A stretch of DNA of 32,000 nucleotides. It comes from Nitrosopumilaceae archaeon. GTDB taxonomy: Archaea > Thermoproteota > Nitrososphaeria > Nitrososphaerales > Nitrosopumilaceae. A program made the position numbers and the translations under genes. The notes below the pieces were generated by a model, which searched no databases, was not told the origin of the DNA, and saw nothing but the letters and a program-made list of their open reading frames with translations. Location of the stretch: positions 10,850 to 42,849 of the forward strand of contig JBQTHX010000014.1 in assembly GCA_052389415.1 (NCBI GenBank), given 5' to 3'. Position 1 is the first letter of the stretch. Each line of letters starts with the position of its first letter. Below, piece by piece: positions 26,105-32,000 of the stretch.

Positions 26105-28264
26105 TTATTCAGAGTTTGCCATTTCTACAAATGATTCCTGTTTATAGTCATGATTGATTTTATATATCAAAACACCAGAAAAAACTCCACTATCAATTCT
26201 ATTAAAAGTTGGTGACGAATACACTAGTTGTAAAGGATCATTTTCACTTTCATATTTGATAGTCTTATCATAGATTGCTGTATAACCAGAAACATAGTTT
26301 TGTGATTGTAGTTCTGAATTAAGATCAACGTAAGCTATTGGTATAAATGGAAACATTTTTCCTAATAGTGTATTTTCCCAAAAGTAATTTGTTGGAGTAA
26401 ATCCATCATTCTCAAGGAACTGAGATTGGTTCTCACCAGCAATACGCATGAACCATTGTTTTTTGCTTTCATCTCCTCCTCCACCTAAAATATAAAATTC
26501 TCCATCATTTGAAACAAATTTCTGTCCAACCACATAAACCAAAACATAATCAGCGTCTAATTGTTGGAGAATTTCCCATCCTTTGTCAGGACTGCTAAGC
26601 AACATTTGTGCCATAGTAACAATTCTATCTGTGGAGATTGTGGCGTTATCTGCAAGTGTAGTTCTCTCACCAAGCGTTGTTATCCAATAACCATAATCCC
26701 ACCATGATGCAATCACTGAATCTTCAGGTGTGTTTAATTTGATCCATTCCATAGAGGCAGGCCAATCATTTGTTGCCATGTTAAAGTTAGAGCCACCGTT
26801 TAGGATTGTTGGCGGTGCTTTGGTTGCAGAAATCCAGTTAACATCAGATGGAAAGACAGTGGGAGAGACAAGCAAAATGATTAACGCAGTACAATAGGAA
26901 ATCTTAAAGATCTTTCCTTTTACATTATTGGACTTTTTTTCCATGATATCCTTTTTCATTATTTCTGAAATTATTACGGAAAGACCAATCGATGAGAGAA
27001 TTATAACTGATATCGAGGTAAAAAGCTCTAATCTGGCAAAGGTTGCACCAGCATAGGCCCCAACAAGTCCAATAATTAATGCAAATATGGACATTTCATT
27101 TTTGATTTTGGTTGAAGACGAGCTGTTACCATTAACTACTTCCCTCCTAAAAATTAGCCATATACCTAACCCGGCAAATAATAATAATACAGATAGAAAG
27201 AAGAAATTTTGTGTAAGTGTAGGTGTTGCATGTTCTGCAACTGAATCTACAAGAGGGTCTTTTGTAGTTAAAAATGGATTTATAGCGTTAAGATAACGAA
27301 AGCTTGGTAATGAAAGGACATTAGAGGAAATTATTCCGAATCCAGCAATAATTGATGCTCCTAAAAATGCTAAACTGTTTCTTATTACATTTACTTGCTT
27401 ACTGATTTTTTGGATAAATATTAGAATGACTAGAAAAACAGTGGGTCCAATTAAAGCAAATCCGCCGATACCAGTTAGAAAGCTAATTCCTGGTCTTGCG
27501 AATAAAGATGAAATTAAAACTGTGGTTATTACAAAGGCAGGTATACTCCAAAGAAGAAACTTGTGATCTTTTCTAAAGAATGGAAGGGAAATAATAAACA
27601 ATCCTAAAGGCAATAGGAAAAACTGTATTCCTCCCCAGGAAGCAAAACCTATAGCTAGAAACAATCCACCACCAATTAACTTCCCCAGAGCAACTTTTCG
27701 ATTTTCTGATTTTAAACCGCTAAGAAATAGGTAAAGCGCTAAAAGACCATAAAATAGTCCCAGCGGTTCTGATTTGAACCAACCTAGTGTACCCCTGATG
27801 ATTATAGCTGGTGACAATGCAAAGAATAACGACGCAAAAAGACCTGCGGTGGTACCACCAATTACCCTGACTAATGCAAAAATGACTATAGCTGTGAACG
27901 AACCAAAAACGACAGGAAATATTATAGTAAATTCATAGAGATTTGAATTTCCCCCAAAAATTTGATACAAAAATGCTGCTGTAAAATGCAAGGGAACTTG
28001 AGATGTTACAAACACATCCCTTCCTTGTGGATACCAACTCATATCATCATGCCAATTTACATATGCGTCTACGCCATTGTCAACAAGATATTTGGTTGCT
28101 CGATAATTGAAAAAAGGATCAAATTCATTAAGTTCAAAGCCATAATCAGCTGCTTGTGACCGAATCATTGCAGATATAGAAAATGAAATCACAAGTATAC
28201 CAATAATTAACAAATGGTGTAAACGAAATTGAAATCTACCAACTGCAAATAGCTTAGAAGTCAA
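26105..28264 (-). CDS. aglB: Oligosaccharyltransferase AglB (STT3 family)
   Basis: 719 aa with a polytopic N-terminal membrane domain and the catalytic WWDYGYWI motif, followed by a soluble C-terminal domain. TTG start. Confidence 0.9.
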   Translation of the reverse strand: MTSKLFAVGRFQFRLHHLLIIGILVISFSISAMIRSQAADYGFELNEFDPFFNYRATKYLVDNGVDAYVNWHDDMSWYPQGRDVFVTSQVPLHFTAAFLYQIFGGNSNLYEFTIIFPVVFGSFTAIVIFALVRVIGGTTAGLFASLFFALSPAIIIRGTLGWFKSEPLGLFYGLLALYLFLSGLKSENRKVALGKLIGGGLFLAIGFASWGGIQFFLLPLGLFIISLPFFRKDHKFLLWSIPAFVITTVLISSLFARPGISFLTGIGGFALIGPTVFLVILIFIQKISKQVNVIRNSLAFLGASIIAGFGIISSNVLSLPSFRYLNAINPFLTTKDPLVDSVAEHATPTLTQNFFFLSVLLLFAGLGIWLIFRREVVNGNSSSSTKIKNEMSIFALIIGLVGAYAGATFARLELFTSISVIILSSIGLSVIISEIMKKDIMEKKSNNVKGKIFKISYCTALIILLVSPTVFPSDVNWISATKAPPTILNGGSNFNMATNDWPASMEWIKLNTPEDSVIASWWDYGYWITTLGERTTLADNATISTDRIVTMAQMLLSSPDKGWEILQQLDADYVLVYVVGQKFVSNDGEFYILGGGGDESKKQWFMRIAGENQSQFLENDGFTPTNYFWENTLLGKMFPFIPIAYVDLNSELQSQNYVSGYTAIYDKTIKYESENDPLQLVYSSPTFNRIDSGVFSGVLIYKINHDYKQESFVEMANSE

Positions 28265-28292
28265 TCATTTTTTGTGGAATTTGTTAGACTTA

Positions 28293-28955
28293 TTACTCTT
28301 TTGTGAGAATTTGTACTTCACAGGATTTTGTCATTTCTTTGAATTCTTTTGCGTCCTTTTCACTGCCAACAATAGTTCCATAATGCATAGGAATTGCAAT
28401 TTTTGGTTTTATTTCCTCAATCGCATTTGCGGCTTCTTTTGCGGTCATTACATAAGTGCCGCTTACAGGAACCAATAAAATATCTGGTTTAAGATCAGTC
28501 ATTTCTGGAATAAGGTCTGAATCACCAGTATGATAGATTGATACTCCTTGTATAGTGATAATGAAACCTACCTTCTTGTCTTCTTTTGGGTGAAATGGTT
28601 TTTTTGTATCAGGATTAATTTTATTTATATTATAAGCAGATATGGCTTTAATTTTGATATTGTTTATTGTCTTTTCCTCTCCAGGTGCAATTCCTACCTT
28701 GTTTTTTGATGATATGTTTAGGATTTGAGGCAAACATTCGTTTGCGGCTACAATTATCGTTTTTTTAGATGTAGTCTTTTCTAGATCATCTAGACTCAAG
28801 TGATCAAAGTGATTGTGTGAGATTAATACTATATCAGCTGATATTGTTTTTGAAAGCTTGTATGGATCAATACAGATAGTTATTCCTTTTTCTAGCGTGA
28901 ATGTATCGTGACCAAACCATCTTATTTTGGTACCGTGATATTCAAACATCATCAA
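28293..28955 (-). CDS. Metallo-beta-lactamase-fold metal-dependent hydrolase (UPF0173-like)
   Basis: 220 aa with the HxHxDH motif HNHFDH and the downstream His/Asp pattern (YHTGDSD, PMHYG). Confidence 0.8.
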   Translation of the reverse strand: MMMFEYHGTKIRWFGHDTFTLEKGITICIDPYKLSKTISADIVLISHNHFDHLSLDDLEKTTSKKTIIVAANECLPQILNISSKNKVGIAPGEEKTINNIKIKAISAYNINKINPDTKKPFHPKEDKKVGFIITIQGVSIYHTGDSDLIPEMTDLKPDILLVPVSGTYVMTAKEAANAIEEIKPKIAIPMHYGTIVGSEKDAKEFKEMTKSCEVQILTKE

Positions 28956-28984
28956 GAATTAATTTTTGATCAAGTTAAATTTTT

Positions 28985-29358
28985 CTAAGTTTCTAGAATA
29001 ATTCTATCATTTGCTAGCGACAGAACGGAGCCCCCGGATTTTTTTATTCTTTTTTTAAGCTCAGAATCAATGGTGGCTACAATTCCTCTATGGATTTTTG
29101 TATATGAAACTAATGCTTCATCTACTGATTTTCCTGAGATTTTAATTTTTTTAAAATTTTTAATCAATTGTAAAGCATTAGATGATGAACTTTTTTTTTA
29201 ACAGTTTTTCCTTTCGAAATTCGTTCAAGTTCTTTTATAACCAGATCTGGTACCGTAAACTCAATTGTTCCTATCTCTGTTTCAAGGTTTGACAGGTTTT
29301 TAATATTTTTAGATGAAAGAAGCATTAAAAAACTTGTATCGCAGACAACCTCAACCAA
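28985..29358 (-). pseudogene. Fcf1/Utp24-like PIN-domain protein (COG1412-type), split by a frameshift in an A9 tract
   Basis: Two track ORFs lie on the same strand in different frames. The N-part (29164..29358) has VVCDTSFLM. The C-part (28985..29167) has IVATIDSELKKRIKKSGGSV. The second frame is open back to the homopolymer (T9 on the plus strand, 29191-29199). One extra A would give a continuous ~124 aa protein. Confidence 0.75.
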
Positions 29359-30616
29359 CTATAACACCTGCACCAATCAATCTCCACCTTTCGGTTATCC
29401 TTCGGCTTAATGCAACCTTACCCTTCTCAAATAAGCAGACAGGTCTTTTGAACTGTACTTCTATCTTTTCTCCCCTAACGCTTGTAACTTTGGAAAGAAT
29501 CGGAGCCGTTCCTATGCTAAGTCTTAAAGATTCTCCAACTTGCACAGATGAAACTTTGATCTCATCCAGCGAACCAACAGCAGTATCAAACAGATTTACT
29601 TCGATTTTAGCTGTTGAAGAATTTTCTGGTAGAGTATCTGGTTTTCCTATTACAGATCCTATCAACGAATCACTTCGCGTCATCGAAGGGTCAAGTGTTG
29701 TTCCAATGGCAACAAGACCACCAGGTTTAACTTCATCTACAAGACCAGCACCAGTACCTAGAGATGCTATTTGCGTTCTTATTGATTCGTATTTGTTATT
29801 TTTTTCGTTTGCAATACCGGGTTTAATCTCAATCTCATCGCCTACTTTAAAGGAACCTTGTACAATGCTTCCTCCCATTACACCTCCTCTGATGTTCTTA
29901 ATTTTTGTTCCAGGTTTATTAACATCAAAGGAACGGAGAACATGCATTACTGTGTTTTTTGATTCTTCACGTTTGGGGGTTTCAATAGTGGATTCAATTG
30001 CTCCAATCAGTGCATCAATGTTTAGTTTGGACTGAGCAGAAATTGGAATAACAGGTGCTTTGCCTGCAGTTGTACCCTTGACAAATTTTACAATGTCATT
30101 GTGATTTGCCAAGGCATCTTCATATGTAACAAGATCAGCTTTGTTTTGCACTAGCACGATTTGTTGGATTCCAAGCGTTTGAAGTGCAAGTAGATGTTCT
30201 TTTGTTTGTGGTTGCGGAACTTTTTCATTTGCTGCGATTACAAGCATAGCACCATCAATTAGAGCCGAACCTGAGAGCATGTTTGCCATGAGGCTTTCAT
30301 GACCAGGACTGTCTACAAAACTTACAACTCGTGATAATTCGCTTTCCTTTCCACAGTTATTACAAATTGGTGTTACAGAATACCCAAGAGGAGGTTGACA
30401 GCTTTTACATTTGTAAAACGCTGCATCAGCATATCCTACTCTGATTGTAATCCCACGCTTTAGTTCTTCACTGTGAGCACTGGTCCATACACCTGTAAGA
30501 GCCTGTATTAGTGTTGTTTTACCATGATCAACATGTCCAGCTGTTCCAATGTTAACACATGGTTGTTGTCCATATTTTTTTATGTACCAGTCTGGAAGAG
30601 TTTCTCGCCAATGCAA
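29351..30616 (-). CDS. eif2g: Translation initiation factor aIF2 gamma subunit
   Basis: 421 aa with G1 GHVDHGKTT and G4 NKADL, plus the zinc knuckle CKSCQ...CNNCG. The TTG start is obligatory: there is a stop two codons upstream and no ATG or GTG before the G domain. Confidence 0.95.
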   Translation of the reverse strand: MHWRETLPDWYIKKYGQQPCVNIGTAGHVDHGKTTLIQALTGVWTSAHSEELKRGITIRVGYADAAFYKCKSCQPPLGYSVTPICNNCGKESELSRVVSFVDSPGHESLMANMLSGSALIDGAMLVIAANEKVPQPQTKEHLLALQTLGIQQIVLVQNKADLVTYEDALANHNDIVKFVKGTTAGKAPVIPISAQSKLNIDALIGAIESTIETPKREESKNTVMHVLRSFDVNKPGTKIKNIRGGVMGGSIVQGSFKVGDEIEIKPGIANEKNNKYESIRTQIASLGTGAGLVDEVKPGGLVAIGTTLDPSMTRSDSLIGSVIGKPDTLPENSSTAKIEVNLFDTAVGSLDEIKVSSVQVGESLRLSIGTAPILSKVTSVRGEKIEVQFKRPVCLFEKGKVALSRRITERWRLIGAGVIVG

Positions 30617-30647
30617 TATTCAGCTTTTAAAAATCTCCTATGTTAAC

Positions 30648-31055
30648 TTATCCCTTTTTTGGTTTTTCAGTTGGTTTTTCTTCAGAAGTTGTTTTTGTGG
30701 TTTCATCATTTTTTAGTTCTCCGTCTAGCACACAGTTTATTTGATAGGTTTCTTCTGTAATGATATTTCCACGAATAAGTTTTCGAAAGCGTTGTCCCTT
30801 TTCCGCATCTTGTAGACCTACTCCTTTAGAAAGCATGATGTACTTTCGTGCTCCTCCATGTATATCGGCCCTTAGAGGAACACCAGATTTGTCACTTCCG
30901 CCGGTTATTCTCATCTTTCCTGACTGCCCGATTATAGCTGCGTCAACTTCAGTCCCTATTTGCAAACCTACTAATGGATTTGCATCCTTTTCTTTTAGTT
31001 CTCTTGATGTTGATTTCCCATTTTTGTCAGATATTGTAATCTTAAAGGTAGCCAA
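30648..31055 (-). CDS. rps6e: Ribosomal protein S6e
   Basis: 135 aa with the ITGGSDKSGVPLRADIHGGARK and RFRKLIRGN pattern typical of S6e. It occupies the conserved position upstream of aIF2-gamma. Confidence 0.9.
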   Translation of the reverse strand: MATFKITISDKNGKSTSRELKEKDANPLVGLQIGTEVDAAIIGQSGKMRITGGSDKSGVPLRADIHGGARKYIMLSKGVGLQDAEKGQRFRKLIRGNIITEETYQINCVLDGELKNDETTKTTSEEKPTEKPKKG

Positions 31056-31133
31056 GCATTTTGAAAAAGTCTGAAGACTATTAATTAATCTTTGTACATA
31101 ATGCTTTAAAATAATTGTTCTTAAAACAAAATC

Positions 31134-31253
31134 ATGGAAGAGATCAAATGTCCAAAATGCGAAAAGTCGATGATTTCAATGCAATCATGTCACATGTTTT
31201 GCACAAACTGCGGATCACATCTTGATTGTTCTGACAAGGGTAGTTTTTGGTAA
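31134..31253 (+). CDS. Unannotated 39-codon zinc-ribbon ORF
   Basis: Hand translation gives MEEIKCPKCEKSMISMQSCHMFCTNCGSHLDCSDKGSFW (CPKC...CTNC). It is below the track cutoff. Confidence 0.4.
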   Translation: MEEIKCPKCEKSMISMQSCHMFCTNCGSHLDCSDKGSFW

Positions 31254-31254
31254 A

Positions 31255-31428
31255 TTAAAATCCTGATCTGTCAGGATTAAAATTTGTAACCAACTCGCCA
31301 ACTTTCTCTTTCATGATTTCTAAATAATCATCATATGTTGCTTCAAAAGCACATTTAGAACATTTAACCTTAGTCATGTCACTGTCTAGTATAGCAATGT
31401 TTTCACATTGTGGACATTTTGCATCCAT
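31255..31428 (-). CDS. Unannotated 57-codon zinc-ribbon ORF
   Basis: Hand translation gives MDAKCPQCENIAILDSDMTKVKCSKCAFEATYDDYLEIMKEKVGELVTNFNPDRSGF (CPQC...CSKC). It is convergent with the previous ORF, and their stops are 1 nt apart. Confidence 0.45.
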   Translation of the reverse strand: MDAKCPQCENIAILDSDMTKVKCSKCAFEATYDDYLEIMKEKVGELVTNFNPDRSGF

Positions 31429-31448
31429 GAATTCTTTTAGTAATTAGA

Positions 31449-31457
31449 CTATATATT
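31449..31457 (+). promoter_or_regulatory. TATA-box-like element for tRNA-Gly
   Basis: CTATATATT is centred about 27 nt upstream of the first tRNA nucleotide, which is the canonical archaeal TATA spacing. Confidence 0.35.
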
Positions 31458-31479
31458 GTTAGATCCAAAGTTTGAATGT

Positions 31480-31553
31480 GCGGAGTTAGTCCAGCCCGGC
31501 ACGACGTCAGCTTCCCAAGCTGAAGGCCGCGGGTTCAAATCCCGCACTCCGCA
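31480..31553 (+). tRNA. tRNA-Gly (anticodon CCC)
   Basis: Acceptor GCGGAGU/ACUCCGC, anticodon arm UCAGC/UUCCCAA/GCUGA, T arm GCGGG/UUCAAAU/CCCGC, discriminator A. 74 nt with no intron. Confidence 0.9.
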
Positions 31554-31570
31554 TTTAATTATAATAAAAC

Positions 31571-31978
31571 TCACAACCTTAGTTTTTTTGCAATTTGATC
31601 AAGTTCATCATTTGTAAGATGAAATTTCTTTCTGAACATACTATGTACCGAACCTGCATCATCGTCAGGAGTTCTAGGTATTATATGAACATGAACATGA
31701 GGAATCTCTTGTCCACTATCTTTTCCATTATGAATAGCTATAAGAGAAGAAGAAAATATATCTTCTATTTTTTTTGTAAGAACTCTTACTAATTCAAATA
31801 AATCTGTATTATCATCTTTATTCATCTCTTGAATCTTTGAGTAGTGATTTTTTGGAATAACTATTGAATGACCTTTTGTTAAAGGAAATGTATCCAGAAA
31901 TGCTAATGATCTTTCCGTTTCCATTATTTTTCGTGCTGGAATTTTTTCTGATATGATATCACAAAAAATGCATCCCAT
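31571..31978 (-). CDS. HIT-family (histidine triad) nucleotide hydrolase
   Basis: 135 aa with the histidine triad HVHVHIIP and the N-terminal CIFCDI motif. Confidence 0.9.
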   Translation of the reverse strand: MGCIFCDIISEKIPARKIMETERSLAFLDTFPLTKGHSIVIPKNHYSKIQEMNKDDNTDLFELVRVLTKKIEDIFSSSLIAIHNGKDSGQEIPHVHVHIIPRTPDDDAGSVHSMFRKKFHLTNDELDQIAKKLRL

Positions 31979-32000
31979 GAATGATTATTCAGCAAAGCAC

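Noticed and set aside
29313-30035. A 240-aa plus-strand ORF, one of the longest in the track.
   Set aside because: It lies entirely antisense to the unambiguous aIF2-gamma gene. Its product is low-complexity and P/S/T/L-rich with no motif. This is a typical shadow ORF opposite a conserved GTPase gene.
1-32000. Search by eye for CRISPR arrays, rRNA genes, IS elements, integrases, prophage genes and known defence-system hallmarks.
   Set aside because: I found no regularly spaced direct repeats, no transposase, integrase or nuclease-helicase defence pairs, and no long GC-rich structured RNA other than the two tRNAs. The window looks like core chromosome.

Overview
The window is an AT-rich, very gene-dense archaeal chromosomal segment with about 38 genes and mostly short or overlapping spacers. 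The gene mix is: archaeal information-processing genes (aIF2-alpha, aIF2-gamma, Nop10, S6e, Sm-like protein, RPA, AglB), a bacterial-type grpE-dnaK-dnaJ operon, a bacterial-type MetK, and an early-cobalt-insertion cobalamin gene set. By inference this fits a marine ammonia-oxidising thaumarchaeon (Nitrosopumilus-like). I cannot confirm that without a database search.

Left to right the window holds:
- dnaJ (partial), dnaK and grpE.
- A divergent pair: a nucleotide-sugar-dehydrogenase-like gene and a DUF354-like gene.
- tRNA-Gln(UUG) carrying a non-canonical D-arm intron.
- A small membrane protein and an ABC-2 exporter.
- A DNA-metabolism cluster: RPA, then Lhr helicase, an unannotated 39-codon membrane micro-ORF and a RadA paralog.
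- An Sm-like protein, metK and an SDR-family gene.
- A tail-anchored J-domain protein followed by cbiD-cbiG-cbiX-cbiC.
- Three genes of unknown function, flanked by the largest noncoding gaps in the window.
- A GGR-family flavoprotein translationally coupled to cbiA, with cobO divergent from them.
- aIF2-alpha and nop10.
- aglB, an MBL-fold hydrolase, a frameshifted Fcf1-like PIN gene, aIF2-gamma and rps6e.
- Two unannotated small zinc-ribbon ORFs, tRNA-Gly(CCC) and a HIT hydrolase.

I saw no CRISPR array, rRNA, transposase or integrase. I also see no self-contained new multi-gene system such as a defence island. The best leads are:
1. The A9-tract frameshift in the conserved PIN gene next to aIF2-gamma.
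2. The intron-containing tRNA-Gln.
3. The flavoprotein wedged between cbiA and cobO, a candidate for a missing corrin reductase.
4. The asymmetric fused CbiX.
5. The RadA-paralog / micro-peptide / Lhr operon.
6. The three-gene block of unknown function splitting the cobalamin genes.

Coordinates for features I derived by hand (tRNAs, small ORFs, repeats) may be off by 1-2 nt.
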